A stretch of 54,354 nucleotides of DNA from Ferroacidibacillus organovorans. Its GTDB lineage: Bacteria; Bacillota; Bacilli; Alicyclobacillales; SLC66. The notes below the pieces were generated by a model. The model was not told the DNA's origin, searched no databases, and was given only the letters and a program-made list of their open reading frames with translations. Numbering within the stretch: the stretch's first letter is position 1; each line of letters opens with the position of its first letter. A program made the position numbers and the translations under genes. The stretch is taken from positions 1-54,354 of the forward strand of contig NZ_LSUQ01000014.1 of the NCBI RefSeq assembly GCF_001642725.1, read 5' to 3'. Positions 41,155 to 49,443 of this stretch are shown piece by piece.

Positions 41155-41528
41155 GGGTGTGCCGCTCCAATCACAACTGGCGTCGCAGCCTTCATGTGAA
41201 GTGATTTTTCTGCGATTGTAAGAATGCGCTCTGGGGACGACAGTTGAAGAACCTGTCCCTGTAGCGATGCGTCAAGCGCATTTTGCTGTGTGAGTGTCTG
41301 CTTGATCTGATTGATGTCCTCGCTTTGCGTGACGAGCGTCGCATAGCGGCTCACTAAAAAAACACCGACCAAGGCGCATAAGAGTAAGCTTCCAATAAGC
41401 CCGAGGCGATCCTTTACCTCGCGCTTTGCGTGCAGATCGGGCCTCTTTGGTTGCAGGGGCTGCTCGATTGCTTTAGAACGTGGAATCGGCGCATAAGCCG
41501 AGTGATTCGATAATGGTTCAATCGCCAT
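41151..41528 (-). CDS. ftsL: Cell division protein FtsL
   Basis: TM plus leucine zipper and LSSPERILTIAEKSLHM; between rsmH and the PBP gene. Confidence 0.88.
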   Translation of the reverse strand: MAIEPLSNHSAYAPIPRSKAIEQPLQPKRPDLHAKREVKDRLGLIGSLLLCALVGVFLVSRYATLVTQSEDINQIKQTLTQQNALDASLQGQVLQLSSPERILTIAEKSLHMKAATPVVIGAAHP

Positions 41529-41563
41529 TTATGCTAGCTCCTCATGATCCATCGATCTATGGT

Positions 41564-42517
41564 TTAGGGCGCACTTTCTATTCGCTCAATGATCCGCAAT
41601 CGCGCCGAACGCGAGCGCGGATTCTCTTCTTGCTCGCGTTCGGACGGAACAATTCCCTTTTTCGTAATGACGCGAAACTGCGCCACCCTGCCGCAGACAC
41701 ATTGTGGAAACTGTGGCGGACAGACACATCCTTTTGCCGCCTCTAAAAATTGTTGTTTAATGATGCGGTCCTCAAGTGAGTGAAATGAGATCAGCGCGAG
41801 CCGCCCGCCTTCAGACAGGCGCGCGAGCGCCATAGGAATCAGTCGCTCCAAGGAACCCAACTCATCATTGATCGCGATGCGCAGTGCCTGAAAAACGCGT
41901 TTTGCCGGATGCGGCCCTGTTCTGCGCGTCGACGCCGGAATCGCTTCCTTGATAATTTCTGCCAGTTGTCCTGTCGTGCGAATCGGCGTCTGTTGACGCG
42001 TTGTGACAATTCGCTCAGCGATGCGGCGAGAAAACCGCTCTTCACCATAGGTAAAAAAAATGTGCATTAGTTCTTGCAAAGAACGCGTTGCGATCCATTC
42101 TTCTGCCGTTTCCCCACGCGTTTGATCCATACGCATGTCAAGTGGTGCGTCAGATTGATAGGAAAAACCCCGCTCGCGACGATCGAGCTGTACAGAAGAG
42201 ACGCCGAGATCACAGAGGATTCCAGCGACGCGCTCGATGCCTAGCTGTGTCAAGTGATCATCTAAATTCGAAAAATTGTCGTGTACAAGGGTCACGCGAT
42301 TTGGGTACGCCTGAGCCCACTGCGCCGCGTATTGAAGTGCGGTTTGATCGCGGTCAAAACCGATCAGTCTCCCGGTTGGATTTGACGCGTCAAGTATTGC
42401 GCGGGCGTGACCACCGCCGCCAAGTGTCCCGTCAACATAGAGTCCACCCGGATGAACAGCGAGCAATGTGACCGCTTCTTCACATAACACCGTGCGGTGA
42501 ACAAACGTGCTTTCCAT
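41564..42517 (-). CDS. rsmH: 16S rRNA m4C1402 methyltransferase
   Basis: DGTLGGGGH, DLGVSS, LDMRMD, FQALRIAIN, SFHSLEDR and NPRSRSA. Start 42517 with SD AGGAG. Confidence 0.97.
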   Translation of the reverse strand: MESTFVHRTVLCEEAVTLLAVHPGGLYVDGTLGGGGHARAILDASNPTGRLIGFDRDQTALQYAAQWAQAYPNRVTLVHDNFSNLDDHLTQLGIERVAGILCDLGVSSVQLDRRERGFSYQSDAPLDMRMDQTRGETAEEWIATRSLQELMHIFFTYGEERFSRRIAERIVTTRQQTPIRTTGQLAEIIKEAIPASTRRTGPHPAKRVFQALRIAINDELGSLERLIPMALARLSEGGRLALISFHSLEDRIIKQQFLEAAKGCVCPPQFPQCVCGRVAQFRVITKKGIVPSEREQEENPRSRSARLRIIERIESAP

Positions 42518-42533
42518 GCGTGACCATCTCCTG

Positions 42534-42965
42534 TTAAAGATTGAGATCCATAAGGCTCTCCGCCAATTCGTTAAAGGACGATTCCGCCCCTTCGCTATAG
42601 GCTTTCCAGCGCTCACCGCTCCAAATCTCCACACGAGGCCCCACGCCTACCACAAAACAATCTTGCTTCAGGGAAGCATACTCTCGTAAATTGGCCGGAA
42701 TGAGGACTCGCCCCTGTTTATCAAGGTCACACTCCGTCGCTCCACTGAAGAGAAAACGAACAAACTGCCTTGCATCACCGCGCGAGAGTGGCATCGCTCG
42801 GAGCCTTTCTTCAAGCGCCTCAAAGTCCGCTCGGGGAAAAACAAAAAGACACTGATCGAGCCCCCGTGTAAGAATAAATGAGCCGCCGAGACCGTCGCGA
42901 AACTTTGCAGGAATCGTTAAGCGTGCTTTATCATCCAGGCTGTGTTGAAACTCACCTAGAAACAT
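42534..42965 (-). CDS. mraZ: dcw cluster transcriptional repressor MraZ
   Basis: MFLGEFQHSLDDKARL, DKQGRVLIP and RVEIW. Confidence 0.98.
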   Translation of the reverse strand: MFLGEFQHSLDDKARLTIPAKFRDGLGGSFILTRGLDQCLFVFPRADFEALEERLRAMPLSRGDARQFVRFLFSGATECDLDKQGRVLIPANLREYASLKQDCFVVGVGPRVEIWSGERWKAYSEGAESSFNELAESLMDLNL

Positions 42966-42995
42966 ATCAGCACACCCTCTTCCTCACAAAGTAAC

Positions 42996-43019
42996 CCACA
43001 ACGCCCCACTTTTCACCAC
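42996..43019 (-). promoter_or_regulatory. MraZ-binding repeats
   Basis: Three GTGG units at exact 10-nt period: GTGGtgaaaaGTGGggcgttGTGG. Confidence 0.8.
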
Positions 43020-43029
43020 TTTCTTTTGA

Positions 43030-43056
43030 ATTCGTGACGTAAATTAAAAATCCTGC
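43030..43056 (-). promoter_or_regulatory. sigmaH-like promoter upstream of mraZ
   Basis: GCAGGATTT...GAAT, with 17 nt between GGA and GAAT. Confidence 0.6.
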
Positions 43057-43085
43057 CTCCATTTGTCATGGGGACAGGATTTTTT
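43046..43085. terminator. Bidirectional-type terminator after bshC
   Basis: AAAAATCCTG...CAGGATTTTT inverted repeat with an internal stem. Confidence 0.7.
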
Positions 43086-43120
43086 ATCATTCTAACAAGC
43101 TTTATTCCATTTCTGATCGT

Positions 43121-44737
43121 TTAAATTTCGAGATAGATCATGTCGTTCATATCCGTCGCGTCCAAGTCAGCGAGGCTATGCATCCACGATGTTCCAAAGT
43201 GTGCAATAACAGACAGTGGAGAAAGGAGACGCTCTTGCTCTCCTCCCTTTGGTTCGAGCCACGATATCATCCGCTCACTGAGCGCTGCGTGTTCCACATG
43301 TTTTTTTCGAAGCACTCGCTCCGAACGCAGCGCCAGGCGCTCCATCTCGCGTATAAACGAATCCTGCGCTTTGTGCAGATCGCGTCTGGCGCGCCCACCC
43401 ACTTTTTCAAAATAAGATTCGCGACCGCCGAGCAAATCACGGATCTCCTGTTTCATCTCTTCCACCACGCGACGAAGCGGCGGATCCATACTTTGCGCCA
43501 CTTTTTCCTGCAGTGCCGCGTGCACATCATCACGCCACGATAGCCCTAGTTTTTTTGCAGACCGCACAATCGACGGTGGTACGAGTGTCACCCGCTGACG
43601 CAAAAAAAGAGGTGGTATGGTCCTCCCTGCTTCGTGGAAAATACCTCCCATCATGGCGTGATATGAAACCTCCGCCGCGCCGCCCACATAGGCGAGAACT
43701 GGCAACAGATAATCCTGAACAACTGGCCTGTAGAGTACACCCGCCGAAAAAGCTTCCGGTTCATCGCGCAACCGTTTTTTTAACGTATCGATCGAAATCG
43801 ATTCACCAGAGTCACGCAGTTTTAGCGCATCTTCTCGCTCGCACAAATCAAGCGGTGAGCGGACACGATCCTGAATGAAATAGAGCAGCGAGTGTTCCGC
43901 ACTAACGTCCACTTGCGCTTTAAAAGAGGCGTCGCGCAACCGCTTTGCGCCCGCAAGCGCCGCATCGCGAAAAACGCGCGGGCGATCCAGAACCTGTGCG
44001 AATGCGGCGGCCGCCGCCCGTCTCATCGCGCGCGTTGTAGGATCAATCACGAGGATCGGAAACTCTCCCAGCCATGCTTGCAACGTCTTTTGAAAAAGTG
44101 TCCCCATTCGCGAATGCGCCGCATGAAGCGTGTTCAGCTCTGCGACGAGATCTGCCGTATAGAGCCCATCGCGCAAATCTGCAGAGATCTGCTCAAGCAT
44201 TCCTCTCATTTCGCGCGCGGGCACGTCGTGAATTCCTACAGGCGTACGCGGAACGGGTCGGGTCTTTAGCGAAACGCGCCGCAGCGTCCCTTCATCCGAA
44301 ACATAGTGCGCGCTAGCCACTTCGTCAAAATCGTGATCTTCAGCCGCAACCCAGAACACCGGGATAACGGGGACATTCATCTCCTGTTCCATTTGTCTTG
44401 CCAGCGCCACGGTCGAGAGCGCCTTGTGAATCGTATAGAGCGGTCCTGTAAATAGTCCTGCTTGTTGGCCTGTGACAACGACGAGCGCGCGTGGATCGCG
44501 CAATCGCTCCCACTGCGCACGCTGAATCTCTGTCGCATTGCTGAGTTGTTCGCGAATTGCCTCAAGCAAGAGGTCACGCTGCGTCTCATCGTAGTGCTGA
44601 GCGACATCGAACGATCTACGTTTTAAGCTCGCTTGATCAAACCCATAGTCATAAAATGCGCGGATGCGCGCGTCTCCCTCAAGATAAGCGTCAGTCACAT
44701 CGTTGCCGGTTCTACATCGAAGTCGGGACAGTTTCAT
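43121..44737 (-). CDS. bshC: Bacillithiol biosynthesis cysteine-adding enzyme BshC
   Basis: VVTGQQAGLFTGPLYTIHK, FWVAAEDHDFDE, RPVVQDYLLP...YVGG and QER; upstream of mraZ. Confidence 0.95.
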   Translation of the reverse strand: MKLSRLRCRTGNDVTDAYLEGDARIRAFYDYGFDQASLKRRSFDVAQHYDETQRDLLLEAIREQLSNATEIQRAQWERLRDPRALVVVTGQQAGLFTGPLYTIHKALSTVALARQMEQEMNVPVIPVFWVAAEDHDFDEVASAHYVSDEGTLRRVSLKTRPVPRTPVGIHDVPAREMRGMLEQISADLRDGLYTADLVAELNTLHAAHSRMGTLFQKTLQAWLGEFPILVIDPTTRAMRRAAAAAFAQVLDRPRVFRDAALAGAKRLRDASFKAQVDVSAEHSLLYFIQDRVRSPLDLCEREDALKLRDSGESISIDTLKKRLRDEPEAFSAGVLYRPVVQDYLLPVLAYVGGAAEVSYHAMMGGIFHEAGRTIPPLFLRQRVTLVPPSIVRSAKKLGLSWRDDVHAALQEKVAQSMDPPLRRVVEEMKQEIRDLLGGRESYFEKVGGRARRDLHKAQDSFIREMERLALRSERVLRKKHVEHAALSERMISWLEPKGGEQERLLSPLSVIAHFGTSWMHSLADLDATDMNDMIYLEI

Positions 44738-44872
44738 AACGTTACGATCTCCTCGCCAATCTGGACAAATCAAAGAGTAAGGGTCATCGACTTCACAGCG
44801 ACGATGAGCCTTACTTATTGTACATGAACTCACTCACTAAGGAAAGTAAAGCGTCTATACGTATCGTTTAAG

Positions 44873-45148
44873 TCACGCGTGCTTGCAATTCTCATGAACA
44901 ATCCAAATCGCCTTTGTCAACTCGCGAATCAAATCGACACGCGCCTGATCAAACTGCATACCTGCCTTTGAATACGCCTGTCCATCTGGTCGCGAACTGT
45001 AGTGTGGCGTCAAATGGTTGAGCGCAATCGCCAACATGTCCGTTTTACAAATATCACACGCACACACGTCGTCCATGCGTGTCAGCATGTCATCAAGCGT
45101 AAAGCGCGCAACTTCTTCTACAACATTGACAAGCAACTCATCCACCAC
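44873..45148 (-). CDS. comFB: ComFB-family protein
   Basis: NVVEE...CACDICKTDMLAIALNHLTPHY...V.ENCKH pattern of the ComFB domain. Confidence 0.85.
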   Translation of the reverse strand: MVDELLVNVVEEVARFTLDDMLTRMDDVCACDICKTDMLAIALNHLTPHYSSRPDGQAYSKAGMQFDQARVDLIRELTKAIWIVHENCKHA

Positions 45149-45268
45149 ACTTTCCGATCATCAACACCTTGTTTCACCCTATCACACAAGTTTAGCCGAT
45201 TCAATCCTCGCTTTGGACATACTGTAAGTAAAATCGACTGCGCAAAGGTTTGAAGGAGGAACCCATTT

Positions 45269-46624
45269 GTGACACAAACGTGTAACCAACGCATGCGCGT
45301 GAAAATGAGCGGACTCGGAGATCCTGACGCACGCGCGCAGATCGAAGCGCTGCTCAGCATGGTCGAAGGCATTTTATCTGCCAAGGGAAACCCACACACA
45401 GGCAGAATGCTTATCCAATACGACGATCGATTTTTGCGCGCCTGGCAAATCAGCGCACTTTGTGGTCGGCTGGATCGCTCTAACAAAGACATCCGTCGCG
45501 CCGCAACCTATGTGATGTCGGCGCAAAAAGTCGCCGTTGCACTGCCCCTTCTGACGATCGCGGGAACCCTTTTGCGCAGGGTCATCTTTGGCCGAAGCAA
45601 TGCGGCAGACAGTCTGATCGCATTCGAACTCTCCACCGCCGTCTCTGTGGCGAGCGGATACACGCCCGTGCGCAGGCGCATCCATCTACTCGGACAGCGT
45701 CTTCATGTCAGCGACGACGCACTGCTCACTGCGGCGGCGCTCTTTGTCGCAGCACTGCGCGAATCTTACATCGTTCTTGCGGCGCTCTTTTTACTTAACT
45801 TTAGCGGCTATGTTCGCCGCCACCATACACTCTCTGCCGCCGCCAAAGCGGGTGAGGCAATTGTACGCATCGACCAAGAGAACGTCGAGCCGCTCGCTTT
45901 GACTGCAATCTCTGACCGATTGTCAAAAACCGCGCTTTTCTCCGCGCTCACCTACGCTGTCGTCACGCGTCACCCACTGCGCGCGCAAGGGTTATTAATC
46001 GCTCTTAACCCGCGCATTCTACTTTTGTGTTCGCGCTATCTCTTCAATATCGCTGAGCGCGTAACCCATGAAAACTGCCTGATGATTCCAATGTATACAG
46101 GGATGGATCTCTATGAGATGACGCAGGCAAAGACGATTGTCTGCGCGTGGAATTCTGAGGATGATCTCGCCGCCTATGCGCGGCTATGCCATTTTGCAGA
46201 CACGCGAAACCTACGGGTTTCCTGCAACGCAACCATTTCTCGCGTCAAATTGCTTGAAACGGTGACACGCGATGCGACAATCCATACGATCGTTCTACTG
46301 AAAAAAGAGGATGAACCACTGGAAATGCATCAGCGCCACGGAACTCATCTCTTTTTACAAGGTACGCCAGATCAATTCATCGAGACATACATCCTCGCTG
46401 AGCACACCGCAACGCGCATCACGTGGATTACTTGGATGGGACCACTCTTAAACGGGGTCCAACTTGCCCAGTTCTTCTTCGGAGTGCCCCTGACACGCCT
46501 GAATCGGACAAACGACTATGCAACCTTCTTTTTGCTCGCCGCGTGTGACCACGCGATGAAAGCAGTCCAGCCCCCACCGCATTTCGGAAAGAAGGAGCAT
46601 CGAAGTGATGAACTTAGACTTTGA
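45269..46624 (+). CDS. HMA2-domain, degenerate P1B-type ATPase-like membrane protein lacking catalytic motifs
   Basis: SD AAGGAGG and GTG start. N-terminal RMRVK...GILSAKGNPHTGRMLIQYD (HMA2-like). TM pattern of P1B ATPases, but no TGES, DKTGT or GDGxND. Confidence 0.7.
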   Translation: MTQTCNQRMRVKMSGLGDPDARAQIEALLSMVEGILSAKGNPHTGRMLIQYDDRFLRAWQISALCGRLDRSNKDIRRAATYVMSAQKVAVALPLLTIAGTLLRRVIFGRSNAADSLIAFELSTAVSVASGYTPVRRRIHLLGQRLHVSDDALLTAAALFVAALRESYIVLAALFLLNFSGYVRRHHTLSAAAKAGEAIVRIDQENVEPLALTAISDRLSKTALFSALTYAVVTRHPLRAQGLLIALNPRILLLCSRYLFNIAERVTHENCLMIPMYTGMDLYEMTQAKTIVCAWNSEDDLAAYARLCHFADTRNLRVSCNATISRVKLLETVTRDATIHTIVLLKKEDEPLEMHQRHGTHLFLQGTPDQFIETYILAEHTATRITWITWMGPLLNGVQLAQFFFGVPLTRLNRTNDYATFFLLAACDHAMKAVQPPPHFGKKEHRSDELRL

Positions 46625-46643
46625 CTTCTGGTCAAATGCCATC

Positions 46644-46682
46644 AAAAACGGCGTGTGAATGGGACCCCATTCACACGCCGTT
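46644..46682 (-). terminator. Strong terminator between convergent genes
   Basis: Perfect 16-bp stem AACGGCGTGTGAATGG/CCATTCACACGCCGTT with a T-run on the minus strand. Confidence 0.85.
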
Positions 46683-46786
46683 CCTCGTGTCATCGCCGAG
46701 TTACTACCCGACCCATCACGTGTTACAAAAAGGCAGATCTCCTAGTCTTGCAAGCTGCATACCGTTGCCGTTCGCCAAGCGCTCAC

Positions 46787-47452
46787 TCAGTGCTGAGGTT
46801 CATTACCTTGGAGCAAATTGCGATACTGCGGCATGAGCGATGCTCCCACGTCACGCACATCCTCTTGAAACGCTTTTAATTGATCCTGATTGCGCAGCGC
46901 AAAATCACTCGGCACCCCGCCGCTCGCGCGCGGAGGTTCCTGATAAGCGCTCTGTGGCGGATTCTCCTGACTCGTCAGGGTGGACGCTTCCGGTTTTTGC
47001 TCAGCAACCGTATACGAATCCGCAACCGCCTGGCTCGACCATTCATTCGCGGCGCGCTGCGTCTTGTCATCCACAACTGGCATGCCGATCGCTCCCGTTT
47101 CAACGTCTACTTCTCGCTGATTAAGGACGGAGCGCACGCCGCGCGCAACCGAATCAGCCGCGTCAATCGTCGTCGCCACACCGTGTACAACCTTATCTCG
47201 CAGCCACGACCGCGGATCAATTGTTTCGTGTCGCATCGTTTCTCGCTCTGTCGACGCGTCTTCAAAAATTCGACGCGTTTCCGTCGTGACGCGTTGCCCC
47301 GCTGTGCGAACCGTGTCGCCAATGCGCATCGCGCCTACCACCGCGCTTACGGTTGCTGTTCGCAGTGCCCGACGTACAGGCGGAAGCGCGACGAGCGTCG
47401 CCACGCCAAGCGCAATCCAAGCCGTTGACGAACCCGAAAAAGGACGTCTCAT
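46787..47452 (-). CDS. DUF5132/FezA-like single-pass membrane protein with a repeated amphipathic helix
   Basis: ATG at 47452 with SD AGAGGGGG; WIALGVATLVALPPVRRALR...SAVVGAM...IFEDA. Confidence 0.6.
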   Translation of the reverse strand: MRRPFSGSSTAWIALGVATLVALPPVRRALRTATVSAVVGAMRIGDTVRTAGQRVTTETRRIFEDASTERETMRHETIDPRSWLRDKVVHGVATTIDAADSVARGVRSVLNQREVDVETGAIGMPVVDDKTQRAANEWSSQAVADSYTVAEQKPEASTLTSQENPPQSAYQEPPRASGGVPSDFALRNQDQLKAFQEDVRDVGASLMPQYRNLLQGNEPQH

Positions 47453-47514
47453 GCAGTTCTCCCCCTCTAGACCATGTTCCTCCCAAGCGAACGTTACGCG
47501 TGAGTTGCACAGCG

Positions 47515-47544
47515 TAGGGTTCCCGAAAACTGGGATGCGCATGC
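47515..47544 (-). promoter_or_regulatory. Candidate sigmaF/sigmaG promoter
   Basis: GCATG-15 nt-GGGAACCCTA. Confidence 0.5.
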
Positions 47545-47568
47545 AGGGAAAGAGACTGACGCACACTA
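47539..47568 (+). promoter_or_regulatory. Candidate sigmaG promoter
   Basis: GCATG-18 nt-CACACTA. Confidence 0.55.
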
Positions 47569-47631
47569 AGCGCACACGGGACAAAAATGCCGCTCGAAAC
47601 GAGCGCGACCTCTGCGAAAGGACGTGACCGC

Positions 47632-47901
47632 GTGAATCAACGGGTATCGACAGAAGGCATCCTCTTAGGCGCTGGAATTGCACTCTTTGCGACCGCCGTG
47701 CTGCCAACGCTTCGCGCGCACAGAGGCGACGTCTTTCAAGCCATCGGGCACACCTTCAGGCGCGCCACACGCATTCCAAGGCGACTGACCGCGACAGTGC
47801 GTGAAGATCTTGAAGATCTTCTTTTTGACATCCAGATGGAGCGCATGAAGCGATCTCTCGACCGCGAATTACAGGTCCATCCGCACGGAAACGCCCATTA
47901 A
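47632..47901 (+). CDS. DUF5132/FezA-like small membrane protein
   Basis: GTG start after AAGGACGTGA; GILLGAG (GxxxG) TM ending in P, amphipathic helix, then REDLEDLLFDIQMER. Confidence 0.65.
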   Translation: MNQRVSTEGILLGAGIALFATAVLPTLRAHRGDVFQAIGHTFRRATRIPRRLTATVREDLEDLLFDIQMERMKRSLDRELQVHPHGNAH

Positions 47902-47911
47902 AGCACATCAC

Positions 47912-49432
47912 TCAAACAGGGTACACGGCGTGTTTGCGCGTTGAGAAAACTTCATCTTTCGTCGCCAGCGCCGCAAAGCGAAGGATGAGTTCATCGCGCA
48001 ACTGTTCGGGTTGCACAATGTGATCGACAATCAGTTCTGAGGCGAGGCGTACAATCTCAATATCCTGACGGTACGCCTCACGCTTCTCTTCGACAAACGT
48101 TTGGCGCTCTTCACCCGAAAGCGTCTCGATCGTGTTACTGTACACCGCGTTAACAGCCGCTTCCGGTCCCATCACCGCGATTTGCGCAGTGGGCAGCGCA
48201 ATCACCACATCCGTCTCAAACGCGGGGCCCGCCATCGCATAAAGGCCTGCGCCATACGCCTTGCGCACAATGACAGAGATCTTCGGAACCACCGCCTCCG
48301 CCATTGCGGCGATCATCTTGGCGCCGTGACGAATAATGCCCGCCCTCTCAACTTTGGTTCCGATCATAAAGCCGGGGACATCGGCGAGAAACAATAGTGG
48401 AATCGAGAACGCATCGCAAAGGGTCATGAAACGTGCCGCTTTGTCAGCGCTATCGACAAACAGCACACCGCCTTTGACGCGCGGTTGGTTCGCGACGATG
48501 CCGACAACTCCCCCAGCGAGACGAGCAAATCCCGTGATGATCTCCTGTGCAAAACTTGCCTTGATCGGAAAAAAGCTGTCTTCATCCACCAGTTTCTCAA
48601 TCAATTCGTGCATGTCAAACGGCGTATTTTGCTGCTCAGGAATGATTTGTTCAAGCGTTTTTTCAAGCGGTTTCGGCGCTGCCGATTTTTTTGCGACTGG
48701 TTTGAGGCGAAAATTCTGTGGCATGTAGGAGAGGTACGCTTTTGCCACGCGCAATCCTTCCTGTTCTGTTTTAACAAGAATATCGCCACATCCACTCACA
48801 GAGCAGTGCATAAGCGCCCCGCCCATCTCTTCAAGCGTCACTTTTTCACCGATGACCATCTCTGCCATGCGCGGCGAGCCTAAGTACATACTGGCGTTAC
48901 CTTCTACCATGATGACCACGTCACAAAAAGCGGGTATGTATGCGCCGCCTGCCGCCGATGGCCCAAACAGGACGCAGATCTGTGGAATCATGCCGGACAT
49001 GCGCACCTGATGATAAAAAATGCGTCCTGCACCCCGCCGACCGGGAAACACCTCCAATTGATCCGTGATTCGCGCGCCTGCAGAATCGACGAGATAAATC
49101 ATGGGAACCTGTAACTTCATCGCCTGCTCCTGGATGCGCAAGATTTTTTCGACCGTTCGCATACCAAATGACCCAGCCTTAACCGTCGAGTCGTTCGCCA
49201 TGATACAAACGGTTCGCCCATCCATTTGCCCGAGTCCAGTAATGACACCGTCGGCTGGCAAATCTTCTTGTTTCGCATTCGCAAAAAGACCATCTTCCAC
49301 AAACGATCCCTGATCCACGAGAAGAGCAATTCGCTCACGGGCGAAAAGTTTTCCGGCTTCTTGATTCTTTACGTGATAACGAGGGTGCCCACCCTGCTCG
49401 ATCCGCGCGCGGATTGCTCGCACATCCTTCAT
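47912..49432 (-). CDS. Acyl-CoA carboxylase carboxyltransferase (beta) subunit, YngE/MCC-like
   Basis: PADGVITG, VDSAGARI, GPSAAGGAY, DVPGFMIG and RKAYGAG. SD AAGGGGA. Confidence 0.9.
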   Translation of the reverse strand: MKDVRAIRARIEQGGHPRYHVKNQEAGKLFARERIALLVDQGSFVEDGLFANAKQEDLPADGVITGLGQMDGRTVCIMANDSTVKAGSFGMRTVEKILRIQEQAMKLQVPMIYLVDSAGARITDQLEVFPGRRGAGRIFYHQVRMSGMIPQICVLFGPSAAGGAYIPAFCDVVIMVEGNASMYLGSPRMAEMVIGEKVTLEEMGGALMHCSVSGCGDILVKTEQEGLRVAKAYLSYMPQNFRLKPVAKKSAAPKPLEKTLEQIIPEQQNTPFDMHELIEKLVDEDSFFPIKASFAQEIITGFARLAGGVVGIVANQPRVKGGVLFVDSADKAARFMTLCDAFSIPLLFLADVPGFMIGTKVERAGIIRHGAKMIAAMAEAVVPKISVIVRKAYGAGLYAMAGPAFETDVVIALPTAQIAVMGPEAAVNAVYSNTIETLSGEERQTFVEEKREAYRQDIEIVRLASELIVDHIVQPEQLRDELILRFAALATKDEVFSTRKHAVYPV

Positions 49433-49443
49433 AACCATTCCCC

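Noticed and set aside
46647..46682. 16-bp perfect inverted repeat as a MITE or IS end
   Set aside because: There is no second copy, no target duplication and no transposase; the position between convergent genes and the T-run fit a terminator.
46656..46745. UGA read-through (selenocysteine) of the 16-codon ORF
   Set aside because: The UGA lies inside the terminator stem rather than upstream of a SECIS-like hairpin, and the extension has no redox motif.
47453..47707. Long N-terminal extension of the 46787-47707 ORF
   Set aside because: It overlaps the divergent plus-strand gene and its promoters; a strong SD precedes the ATG at 47452.
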